In this document: in pieces, positions 8,269 through 16,152 of the stretch
Position numbering within the stretch: the first letter of the stretch is position 1
Layout: each line of letters starts with the position of its first letter
Origin: a virus
DNA length: 64,000 bases
Reading direction: 5' to 3' (one strand)
Virus record (IMG/VR): IMGVR_UViG_3300031111_000011
Coordinates: 1 to 64,000 of that record
Translations under genes and position numbers: made by a program
The notes under the pieces: generated by a model
What the model was told of the DNA's origin: nothing
Database searches by the model: none
What the model saw: only the letters and a program-made list of their open reading frames with translations

Positions 8269-8628
8269 ATGGAGATCCAAAAGAAAAAGGCCATCAAGAA
8301 TGTTCTCACTGCTTGCAAGCTCATCCGCAAGGAATTCGGTGACCTCCCCTACCCCCAGTTAATTTGTCTGCTGGAGGTCATGGTCGAGGAAGGGATTACA
8401 AAAAACCAAATCGGGGCAAATAACGATCCGACGATGCCAGTAAGCTCTATCAACAGATATGTTGCGAGGCTCACAGACGAGCACGAGCGCAGAAACGCAG
8501 CAGGAAAGCGGGTTCCCGGTCCCCTGACAGTGGATCGAGATCCTGACCTTCCCCAACGTCACCTCGTGAGTCTGACGTCTTTTGGCAAGTTGTTTCGGGA
8601 AGCCCTGGTCAATGAAATGGAGGCTTAA
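8269..8628 (+). CDS. putative winged-helix DNA-binding protein (119 aa)
   Basis: SD aaagggagtcaagaATG; helix-rich small protein downstream of a promoter and nested inverted repeats. Confidence 0.45.
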   Translation: MEIQKKKAIKNVLTACKLIRKEFGDLPYPQLICLLEVMVEEGITKNQIGANNDPTMPVSSINRYVARLTDEHERRNAAGKRVPGPLTVDRDPDLPQRHLVSLTSFGKLFREALVNEMEA

Positions 8629-8849
8629 TGACCAGCCAGGAAATCACTTTTCAGTTCGATGATAACACCCTTAGTGTTGAGGTGGCAGAGGACGGGATCA
8701 ACACTGAGGGTGCGCTATTCCGCTTGAATAAGATCTCTCTGGATGATCAAGAGGAATTGGGTAAGCTCAGGCGACACATAAATGATGCGCTCACCCGATA
8801 CCAAATGCTGCTCGAAAAATATCCAGAGGCAAAGGATGGAGAGATGTAA
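8628..8849 (+). CDS. hypothetical acidic protein (73 aa)
   Basis: TAATG overlap coupling. Confidence 0.5.
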   Translation: MTSQEITFQFDDNTLSVEVAEDGINTEGALFRLNKISLDDQEELGKLRRHINDALTRYQMLLEKYPEAKDGEM

Positions 8850-8865
8850 CAAAAGTGGTTTCGTG

Positions 8866-8898
8866 TGAGGAGGGGTTGGCACCTCTCCTCTTTTTTTC
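8866..8898 (+). terminator. rho-independent terminator (gaggagg...cctctcctc + T7)
   Basis: Stem followed by ttttttt; immediately precedes palindrome copy 2. Confidence 0.6.
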
Positions 8899-8906
8899 TC
8901 TTTAAC

Positions 8907-8922
8907 TTCTCATATCTAAGAA
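8907..8922. promoter_or_regulatory. palindromic element TTCTCA-tatc-TAAGAA (family copy 2)
   Basis: Between the terminator and the SD/ATG of 8937. Confidence 0.5.
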
Positions 8923-8936
8923 GGAGGAAAGCGACT

Positions 8937-9134
8937 ATGTCTATTTGTGATCGGTGTGCGACCGGGTGTTGGACAGCCCCGAGTGTCCGTTGTCAGGCTT
9001 GCAATGCAGGTAGTCTGTTCATTCCCAATGGGGAACCCCACAAGGTGATGCCCCCGGTGCTTCACAAGGAAACCGAGACGTTTGGGTGGATTCTCCGCAA
9101 ACAGCTTCGGGAGAGATGCTACGATGCAACTTGA
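8937..9134 (+). CDS. Cys-rich small protein (65 aa)
   Basis: SD aaggaggaaagcgactATG; CDRC...C..C...C motif. Confidence 0.5.
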   Translation: MSICDRCATGCWTAPSVRCQACNAGSLFIPNGEPHKVMPPVLHKETETFGWILRKQLRERCYDAT

Positions 9135-9942
9135 CGAGCGGTACTTCGACGTTGATGCACCCCAGGACGTGACGCTTCGGTATCTTCACGAAGGGTGCAG
9201 CGACGGCAAAGATACCTGTCTGGTAGTAACTAAGACCAACAGCGGGTGGGCGTACTATTGCCATCGGTGCAAACTCAAGGGGTTCAAGCCGGTACATGGT
9301 TTGCCGCCATCGAAAGTGGCAGCGCTCTTTCGAGCGCAACAGCGAAAGCAATCCACTCTGGTACGCCAAGTTCAGCTACCCAAAGACTTCACCACGGAGA
9401 TCCCTCCAGAGGGTCTGGTGTGGCTCTACCGTGTAGGGATCACTGATTATGAGATCTCCTTCTTTGGTATTGGGTGGAGCAAGTCCTACGGCAGAGTGAT
9501 CCTGCCGGTGTACCAAGGACGAAAGCTGATTTACTGGCAAGGCAGGTATGTAGGCAAAGACGAGAGCATGGAGAAGTACGTCAACCAGAAACAAGTGGGT
9601 CGTGAGGACACCTACTTTCGGAACGAACCTCGTGTCACCTCTGGTCGAATCGTCATGGTCGAGGACATCCTGTCTGCTATCAAGGTGGGACGGGTGAGCA
9701 ACTGTATCGGACTCCTCTACGCCTACGTCCCCGATGCCCTCGTGGTCAAGCTACGTGAACGATATGATGAAATCGTGATCTGGCTGGACCCTGACAAGAG
9801 CCTCTACACACTGCGCGTCCTGAAGCGTCTCAGAGCGTTTGGGCTACCAGTCCGGAGAGTCTACTCACCGAAAGATCCAAAATATTACAACGAGGAAGAG
9901 ATCGAAAGTTTTCTGGAAGGAGGACTGAATGGGAGGACGTAA
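9124..9942 (+). CDS. DNA primase (T7 gp4-like zinc-binding domain + TOPRIM)
   Basis: CxxC-x15-CxxC zinc ribbon (CSDGKDTC...CHRC) then TOPRIM-like VMVEDILSAIKVG...; SD gggagagatgctacgATG. Confidence 0.7.
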   Translation: MQLDERYFDVDAPQDVTLRYLHEGCSDGKDTCLVVTKTNSGWAYYCHRCKLKGFKPVHGLPPSKVAALFRAQQRKQSTLVRQVQLPKDFTTEIPPEGLVWLYRVGITDYEISFFGIGWSKSYGRVILPVYQGRKLIYWQGRYVGKDESMEKYVNQKQVGREDTYFRNEPRVTSGRIVMVEDILSAIKVGRVSNCIGLLYAYVPDALVVKLRERYDEIVIWLDPDKSLYTLRVLKRLRAFGLPVRRVYSPKDPKYYNEEEIESFLEGGLNGRT

Positions 9943-10222
9943 GAAAGGGAAGTGGGTAAATGAGTATGACGACCCAGATATGTATGACTCTGCTATCCCA
10001 AAACACCGGCACACCTGGGGTGGTGCCTACGACATGGTTCTGGAACTTGACGATGGTGATGACGGAAAGCTCACTCTCATGGAAACGGATGATTCCCCTG
10101 CGATTTACTTGGGGTCACTCGATGATGAAAAATTGCGAGGGTACTTCTGCTTTCACACTTCCAGGCATGTGGACTTGTTCTGCGAAAAGCTCAAGGAATT
10201 GCAACGTAAACTGAGGTCATAA
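9929..10222 (+). CDS. hypothetical acidic protein (97 aa)
   Basis: SD ggaaggaggactgaATG. Confidence 0.5.
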   Translation: MGGRKKGKWVNEYDDPDMYDSAIPKHRHTWGGAYDMVLELDDGDDGKLTLMETDDSPAIYLGSLDDEKLRGYFCFHTSRHVDLFCEKLKELQRKLRS

Positions 10223-10231
10223 GGAGGATAA

Positions 10232-10465
10232 ATGAAATATCCCACACTGGAAGAAGTGAATACGGCGAGTCACAGGGAGCTGGCCCGATGGTATCGGTTT
10301 CTACCCTCCCCCGGACTGAATGCCATCAATGATGGTCTTCCCAGGAAGGACTGGGAGAAAGTCGTGGAGCAGGAATGTGCCATCATGAACACCATCATAG
10401 AGCGATTCTCCGCAATGGGGGGTTTCAACCCCGCCCTGAGCAAGAAGATCGGGTGGAAGGCATGA
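10232..10465 (+). CDS. hypothetical protein (77 aa)
   Basis: SD taaggaggataaATG. Confidence 0.5.
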   Translation: MKYPTLEEVNTASHRELARWYRFLPSPGLNAINDGLPRKDWEKVVEQECAIMNTIIERFSAMGGFNPALSKKIGWKA

Positions 10466-10719
10466 GAATTCAACTCACTCCAGAGGAGATCGACGGACTG
10501 AAGACGTGGTTGGCGTACCCAAAGAAGGTCCGCAGAGGGGAATGTCCGTTTGTCTTTGTGCCGGGGAATACCTGTGCTCGTATCTGCCGCATGGTTTTTC
10601 CGGGTGATGAACTCGGCCTGTGCCCCTGTGACCAAGAGGGCGCAGACCATAAAAAAATCTATGAAGTTGCACGAGAAGGTGCGGAAAGGGGGTACATCAC
10701 AATTGGACTCGGACATTAA
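10462..10719 (+). CDS. hypothetical Cys-containing protein (85 aa)
   Basis: ATGA overlap; internal Met of listed ORF 10375-10719. Confidence 0.45.
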   Translation: MRIQLTPEEIDGLKTWLAYPKKVRRGECPFVFVPGNTCARICRMVFPGDELGLCPCDQEGADHKKIYEVAREGAERGYITIGLGH

Positions 10720-11713
10720 TGGCACGGTGATTTTTCTGACACCGTTTGGATCGCATCTCTACGGTACATCCACTCCGGAGTCGGATCTGGACTACAAGGG
10801 GGTGTATCTGCCGACAAAGGAGCAGATCCTGATCGGGAAGATCCCCAAGACTATCACTCGAAACACCAAGGTCGGAGAGGGGAAGAACAGCAAGGAAGAC
10901 ATTGACTTTCAACTTTATTCTCTCCCCTACTTTGTGGACCTTCTGGTCCAGGGTGAAACGTCGGCTATCGACATGATCCATGTCCGAAAGGATCAAGCTC
11001 TCGTGTGGACGGATGAGTGGGAACGGCTGCACCGCAACCGTCACATGAGCTACAGCAGAAATATGAAGGCGTTCGTCGGGTATGCCCGTAAACAAGCGGC
11101 CAAGTACGGGGTCAAAGGCAGTCGCCTTGCAGCCATGCAAGACGTCCTTGAATACCTGATGGCCTATATCCAGAAGGAGATTCTGTATGATTATGAACGT
11201 GATACCAAACTTCGAGACGTATGGGATGATCTTCCTGATGGTGATCATATTCATCGTCTTGATCCGACTGATCGAACTCCTTATCGCATGTATCAGGTCT
11301 GTGGGAAGAAGTTTATGGAGACAGTCAAGATTCGAGAAGTCTACGCTTCGATCAAGAAGTCCTATGATCAATACGGTCACCGGGCAGAACTGGCGAAGAA
11401 GAATCAGGGCATCGACTGGAAGGCAGTATCCCACGCACTCCGTGCGGCTTACCAACTGGTGGAAATCTTTGGGTCCGGGGATCTGGCCTTTCCACTCGCT
11501 GATGCGGCTTATCTGCGGAAAGTGAAGGAAGGCTCACTGGACTGGACCTCCTGGGTTCAACCCCACCTGGAGGAAATGATGGGCCGGGTGGAGTGTATGG
11601 CCTCTCTCTCCAAATTCCCAGAACAAGTGGACCGGACCTTCTGGAACAATCTGACTATCGACATCATGGAAACGTGGTTACTTACTCAAACTGTAGGAGG
11701 TGAATTATGCTGA
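10661..11713 (+). CDS. nucleotidyltransferase (Pol-beta/minimal NTase fold) of unknown specificity (~350 aa)
   Basis: TPFGSHLYGTSTPESDLDYKG fits hG[GS]-x9-13-D-x-[DE]; a third acidic motif EDIDFQLY lies ~45 aa downstream; start uncertain (ATG 10661 overlaps upstream gene). Confidence 0.55.
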   Translation: MKLHEKVRKGGTSQLDSDINGTVIFLTPFGSHLYGTSTPESDLDYKGVYLPTKEQILIGKIPKTITRNTKVGEGKNSKEDIDFQLYSLPYFVDLLVQGETSAIDMIHVRKDQALVWTDEWERLHRNRHMSYSRNMKAFVGYARKQAAKYGVKGSRLAAMQDVLEYLMAYIQKEILYDYERDTKLRDVWDDLPDGDHIHRLDPTDRTPYRMYQVCGKKFMETVKIREVYASIKKSYDQYGHRAELAKKNQGIDWKAVSHALRAAYQLVEIFGSGDLAFPLADAAYLRKVKEGSLDWTSWVQPHLEEMMGRVECMASLSKFPEQVDRTFWNNLTIDIMETWLLTQTVGGELC

Positions 11714-12774
11714 AGAACGTGACTATTTGTGGCTACAACGTGCGTGAAATCAATCTGGTACTGGCCGAGGACAACACCCCGCTTTACTCTGTGGGAGATC
11801 TCATGATGCCCATGGGGTTCACCCGCTACTCTGCGGCATCCAGGGTCAGGTCCATCCCGGAGCTTACCCACACCAAAATCAAGCTGCCCTCCACGGCCCA
11901 GGCGATTCATGTGGTGACCCCGGAGGGTGTCCTGGCCTTAGCCGAGACGGGGAAGTGTCGTACCAATTTCGTTTCGGAATTTCGATCCTATTGCCAGAAG
12001 GAGGGCATCCCCCTGCCCGATCCGGAAGTCACGCCGGATGGTCCCGCCGTCTTCAACGGCATCGAGATCACCTTCGAGGACGATGTCCTGGTGAGCCTGA
12101 CGGACATGTGGAAAGCGGACGGATCTCGTCAGGCCAAGAAACCCGTCCACTTCCTGAAAACGGATGGGACTGTGGAGTTTATCGAACAAATTCGGGAGGA
12201 AATAAAAGGTAAGGAATCTTACCTTTTACGATCTATCCCTGGTCGAGGTGGTGGAACCTACGCTCACTGGAAGATCGCTGTCCAGTATGCGGCTTTCCTC
12301 AGCCCCAAGTTCGCAAGCTGGATGGCCGATCTGGTCCGGGTCCGGTTCATCGAGATCAACGATCCGGAGCAGGGTGCCAAGCTGTACCGGGAACGTGCGA
12401 TCACCGACCGGATGAACAAGACCGGCTGCTCCCGTGAACAGGCAATCCACTATTTCGAGAAGAGCCTCGTCGCACGAAAAACGGTTTCGTCTCAGATCTG
12501 CCGGTTCGTTCCCAATGCGAGGAAACATATCGCTGAGATCACGGATCATCTCAATATGGGCTTTATCGGAATGAGAGCCCAGGACATCAAGAAAACCCGT
12601 GGGGTTTCCCAGACCCGTGAATCGTTTACCCTTGCGGAGCAGATGGGGGTGGCGTTTCTGGAACAGTGCATGATCGATCATATCGATCAAGTGAGATACG
12701 AAGCTGACCCGTACCACCTGCGGGATATGGCGTACTCCAACGGGCAAAAATGCCGAGCCATGATGGTGCGCTAA
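11707..12774 (+). CDS. Bro-N + KilA-N domain protein (antirepressor-like, 355 aa)
   Basis: N-terminal Bro-N-like LYSVGDLMMPMGF; central KilA-N-like GTYAHWKIAVQYAAFLSPKFASWMADL; SD ggaggtgaattATG. Confidence 0.6.
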   Translation: MLKNVTICGYNVREINLVLAEDNTPLYSVGDLMMPMGFTRYSAASRVRSIPELTHTKIKLPSTAQAIHVVTPEGVLALAETGKCRTNFVSEFRSYCQKEGIPLPDPEVTPDGPAVFNGIEITFEDDVLVSLTDMWKADGSRQAKKPVHFLKTDGTVEFIEQIREEIKGKESYLLRSIPGRGGGTYAHWKIAVQYAAFLSPKFASWMADLVRVRFIEINDPEQGAKLYRERAITDRMNKTGCSREQAIHYFEKSLVARKTVSSQICRFVPNARKHIAEITDHLNMGFIGMRAQDIKKTRGVSQTRESFTLAEQMGVAFLEQCMIDHIDQVRYEADPYHLRDMAYSNGQKCRAMMVR

Positions 12775-12794
12775 AAAAAATCGGGTTTCACCCC

Positions 12795-12824
12795 TTGACA
12801 ACTTACCAGATGTGATTATATTAT
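12795..12824 (+). promoter_or_regulatory. sigma70-like promoter TTGACA-N17/18-TATTAT overlapped by inverted repeat CCAGAT...ATCTGG
   Basis: Consensus -35; AT-rich -10 flanked by a 6-bp inverted repeat (operator-like). Confidence 0.45.
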
Positions 12825-12854
12825 ATCTGGTTTCGGGAAATAGTAATTAACTAA

Positions 12855-12881
12855 CAGACCCTTGAGGGTCTGTGTTTTTTT
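12855..12881 (+). terminator. rho-independent terminator (cagaccc ttga gggtctg + T7)
   Basis: Perfect 7-bp stem plus tgtttttttt; lies ~35 nt downstream of the promoter. Confidence 0.65.
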
Positions 12882-12890
12882 ACCTTCAAC

Positions 12891-12906
12891 TTATCAAATC
12901 TGAGAA
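12891..12906. promoter_or_regulatory. palindromic element TTATCA-aatc-TGAGAA (family copy 3)
   Basis: Between the terminator and SD aaggagg of 12918. Confidence 0.5.
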
Positions 12907-12917
12907 CAAGGAGGATT

Positions 12918-13223
12918 ATGAAAGAGTGTAACCGTTGCGGGAACCGGGAGTGTGACTTCATTCACGCTCCCAAGGAGCCGAAGGGCAAACCCAAAATGAG
13001 CTTTCCGAAGCTCCGGAAAGCCCCTCCAAAGGGGATCGCCCATGTTATGGGGCTTCCGTGCCCCATTTGGCGAAAAATCGACCCGATGCACAACCCTCTG
13101 TGGGAGAACCTGGACTCGGCCACCATCGTCAAGCTCCGGGATCTGCGGAAGGGGCTCGGCACACAGCGAAAAAACAAGGAGTGGAAAGGAGGCAAGAAGC
13201 GTAAACTTTGGAAAAACAGGTAG
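12918..13223 (+). CDS. hypothetical basic protein (101 aa)
   Basis: SD caaggaggattATG; Lys/Arg-rich. Confidence 0.55.
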   Translation: MKECNRCGNRECDFIHAPKEPKGKPKMSFPKLRKAPPKGIAHVMGLPCPIWRKIDPMHNPLWENLDSATIVKLRDLRKGLGTQRKNKEWKGGKKRKLWKNR

Positions 13224-14434
13224 TCTGTCTCCGTGGGCTGCTGGATCACGATGCGTACCTCCGCTACGGTCCAGCCCTCCACGGGCTTAAGGACACTGAG
13301 CGTGAAATCAAACAGATCTTGACAGCTATCCAGCAGTACTACAAGCGGTATCCTGAACAAAAGGCCATCTCAGTGGATGAACTGAGGGTCTTTTTCCACC
13401 AGCAGCATCCAGCACTCAAGGACAAAGATGTCTTTGACGTTCTGTTCGACCAGATCCAACACCTTGACATCTCAAATCCCGACCTATTGGAAGACGCACT
13501 GAGGGACGTAGTTGAGCAATATTACGTCGGAAAGCTTTGTGCTGTCGGACTCCCGTGTCTCAATGGGGAGTCCACAGGGGTCATCGAGAAAATGAAGGAA
13601 ATTCTCGAAGAGGGTCTTGAGAAGATGAGTAAGACCGGTGATCAGGACGATAACCGGTGCAATATGGATCTGGATTACCTACTCGATGAGACGTTCAAGA
13701 ACGGGCTCTACACACCTTTGAGGGATCTGCGGTCCCTCCTTGGGCCTATCTACCCAGGCACACTGGGCCACATCTTTGCACGTCCGGAGACAGGTAAGAC
13801 TTCGTTTGCTTCAGCGATGGCATCTGCCTTTGCTTATCAAGTGCGTGACACCTCCGACATCATCCTCTACCTCAACAATGAAGAGGACAAGCGGCGTATT
13901 GCACTTCGCATCTGGGTTTCCATGATCGGGCAACCGATCCAATTTCTCGACGGAAACCGAGAAGAGGCAAGGAGAATTTGGAGCGAACGAGGTGGTGATC
14001 GGATTGAAGTCATTGGTGGAGTCACACACATCTCGCAGGTCGAACAGTACATCAGTGAGTTCAGACCCCGTGCGGTGTTTGTTGACCAGGGGCCGAATGT
14101 TTCAATCCCTGGTGATATGTCCGGGACGGACAAGCTTACAAAGCTATACAAGACCTACCGGAAACTCGCAGGGAAGTATGAAACAATCTTCATCTCCATC
14201 GGACAGGCAGACAGTCAGGCTGAGAACAAACAATGGCTCACAATGAACAACATCGATTCCAGCAAGGTGGGTATTCCTGGCGCATGTGACTACATCATTG
14301 GCGTAGGGATGAAAGACGATCCGGGTATGGAAGAGATGCGGTACATCAACCTGCCGAAGAACAAACTCACTGGGCAAAAGGGAAGACTCGTCTGTAGGCT
14401 GGATGTTAACACGTCCCGGTACGTTTCTGTTTGA
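13208..14434 (+). CDS. replicative DNA helicase (DnaB/T7 gp4 helicase-like RecA-fold ATPase, 408 aa)
   Basis: Walker A ARPETGKTSF; Walker B-like FVDQG; TTG start overlapping upstream gene. Confidence 0.65.
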   Translation: MEKQVVCLRGLLDHDAYLRYGPALHGLKDTEREIKQILTAIQQYYKRYPEQKAISVDELRVFFHQQHPALKDKDVFDVLFDQIQHLDISNPDLLEDALRDVVEQYYVGKLCAVGLPCLNGESTGVIEKMKEILEEGLEKMSKTGDQDDNRCNMDLDYLLDETFKNGLYTPLRDLRSLLGPIYPGTLGHIFARPETGKTSFASAMASAFAYQVRDTSDIILYLNNEEDKRRIALRIWVSMIGQPIQFLDGNREEARRIWSERGGDRIEVIGGVTHISQVEQYISEFRPRAVFVDQGPNVSIPGDMSGTDKLTKLYKTYRKLAGKYETIFISIGQADSQAENKQWLTMNNIDSSKVGIPGACDYIIGVGMKDDPGMEEMRYINLPKNKLTGQKGRLVCRLDVNTSRYVSV

Positions 14435-14449
14435 TTTTTTACCATTTAC

Positions 14450-14465
14450 TTCTCACATTTGAGCA
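14450..14465. promoter_or_regulatory. palindromic element TTCTCA-catt-TGAGCA (family copy 4)
   Basis: Immediately upstream of SD taaggagag. Confidence 0.45.
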
Positions 14466-14478
14466 TAAGGAGAGTCAG

Positions 14479-14646
14479 TTGGCAGGAAAGCAGAAGAACA
14501 GCAAGAAGCCCAATGATACTCCCGCCCGTCGCCAGTACAAGCTGGAGAAACGAGCGGAGAAGAACAAGGAGCGGAGAGCAAAGCGTCAGGCGAAGCTCGA
14601 AGCAAAACACAAAGCCAAAAAAGAAAGGAGAAATGCTGATGATTGA
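14479..14646 (+). CDS. hypothetical highly basic mini-protein (55 aa, TTG start)
   Basis: SD taaggagag + TTG; KR-rich; overlaps next gene start. Confidence 0.3.
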   Translation: MAGKQKNSKKPNDTPARRQYKLEKRAEKNKERRAKRQAKLEAKHKAKKERRNADD

Positions 14647-15355
14647 GTTCAATAAAGGAGACAGGGTGGCCGTCAAGGATCTTGACATGTCCAATATTCT
14701 GTACTCGGTGTGTCCTGAGATGAAGCGGCTTCCTGGGAAGGAAGGCAAAGTCCTCGACACCTACCCCGTCTACAGCAGGGACGGCGCTCGGGTGGATTTC
14801 GACGGAGCAATCTACACCATCTACCTGGACGACCTACGGAAGGTTGAAACCTCCAAGAATCGCTTCAAAGACGGTGAACACGCTTTCGTGATCGGATTCC
14901 GAAATTCCCAGGCTGCTGGCATCCCCCTCACGGATGCCTTGAAAGCCCTCCGGAACAAGATTGTTCGATGCGCCGTGGGCAACGATGCTGTGGGCACCAG
15001 CAAGGTTTTCATCCAGCTTCCCACCGGGGCAACCCACCTGATCCATGCCGATGACCTGTGTGATCCGGAACAGATCGAGAAGGTCATCTACTACTACAAG
15101 CGGGACAAGAAGGGGAACCCCGTGGAAACCATCTGTCTCCTGATCAAGGACGGGGGGATGCACCGTGGTCGGTCCAAGTGCAATCGGGATGCCGGGGACA
15201 TCTTTCTCAAGAAGGAGGGCCGTCGGAAAGCTCGTGAACGTGCTGAGTTTGCCGCCCAGACCCAGTCGTCGGCCCGGTTCGCTCGTGGCGACCAGTTCAT
15301 GTTCGAGTACAAAACCAAACTCACCCCTCTGGAAAAGGAGATTGTCAAAGGATGA
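14633..15355 (+). CDS. hypothetical protein (240 aa)
   Basis: SD aaagaaaggagaaATG; trimmed from listed ORF 14459-15355. Confidence 0.55.
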   Translation: MLMIEFNKGDRVAVKDLDMSNILYSVCPEMKRLPGKEGKVLDTYPVYSRDGARVDFDGAIYTIYLDDLRKVETSKNRFKDGEHAFVIGFRNSQAAGIPLTDALKALRNKIVRCAVGNDAVGTSKVFIQLPTGATHLIHADDLCDPEQIEKVIYYYKRDKKGNPVETICLLIKDGGMHRGRSKCNRDAGDIFLKKEGRRKARERAEFAAQTQSSARFARGDQFMFEYKTKLTPLEKEIVKG

Positions 15356-15597
15356 AAATCAACACTGATATACCAAAACCTGGGGATCTGGTTCGTATTC
15401 TGAAAGTCTTTCGGACCAGTGCACACTTCGACGCATCTTATGATCTCCGTTTTCGGCAGCTTGTGGTGACGGATGTCCAGCGGTGCCACTGGGAAGGTCG
15501 TCACCTTCTGGCCTTAGTCGGCCACGCCCCTCTGGACCCGCTGAGTTCGTACTGCATTTTTGGGGTGGAGGTGGAGATCCTTCGGAAAGGAGAGTGA
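15352..15597 (+). CDS. hypothetical protein (81 aa)
   Basis: ATGA overlap. Confidence 0.5.
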   Translation: MKINTDIPKPGDLVRILKVFRTSAHFDASYDLRFRQLVVTDVQRCHWEGRHLLALVGHAPLDPLSSYCIFGVEVEILRKGE

Positions 15598-16151
15598 TGA
15601 ACCCTACTATCTTTTTGGATCTGGATGGAGTCGTTGTGGACTTCATCCAGGGGGTTATCGATTGGTACGGGCTGGATACCAGCTACGACCTGATGAACCA
15701 CTACCAGTCAATCCTGGAAGTCACTGGGATGAGCAAGTCAGCGTTCTGGAAGGGACTCACTGAGGAGTTCTGGAAGGATCTCAAGTGGACCTCAGAGGGC
15801 AAAGAGTTCTATTCCTGGCTCAAGACCTTGGGGGTTCCCATCGTGGTCCTCACAAAGCCCACGCTGAACCGTGCCACTGGCAAACAGCAGTGGATCATGC
15901 GGGAGATGCCCACCCTTTTCAAAGAGGGCCGATATCTCATTGGTGGTTCCAAGCACCACGTAGCCGGTCCTGGCAAACTGCTCATCGATGATGACTTCGA
16001 AGGCAACTACATCAAATGGAAGGAGCATGGCGGTACCGCAGTGCTCTATCCGCAACCTTGGAACCCGGAAAGGAAAACTCACTTCAACGGCAACAAGGTG
16101 GACAAGGTCAAAGAGGCGATCCTCACAACCTTGAGAGGTTGGGGGGTCTAA
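15597..16151 (+). CDS. HAD-family 5'(3')-deoxyribonucleotidase (184 aa)
   Basis: HAD motif I FLDLDGVVVDF; size fits phage 5'-deoxynucleotidases; TGATGA overlap. Confidence 0.65.
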   Translation: MNPTIFLDLDGVVVDFIQGVIDWYGLDTSYDLMNHYQSILEVTGMSKSAFWKGLTEEFWKDLKWTSEGKEFYSWLKTLGVPIVVLTKPTLNRATGKQQWIMREMPTLFKEGRYLIGGSKHHVAGPGKLLIDDDFEGNYIKWKEHGGTAVLYPQPWNPERKTHFNGNKVDKVKEAILTTLRGWGV

Positions 16152-16152
16152 T

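Noticed and set aside
8168-8362. 64-aa ORF 8168-8362
   Set aside because: It overlaps the promoter and 5' end of the SD-supported gene at 8269; the translation is Arg/Ser-rich and unconvincing.
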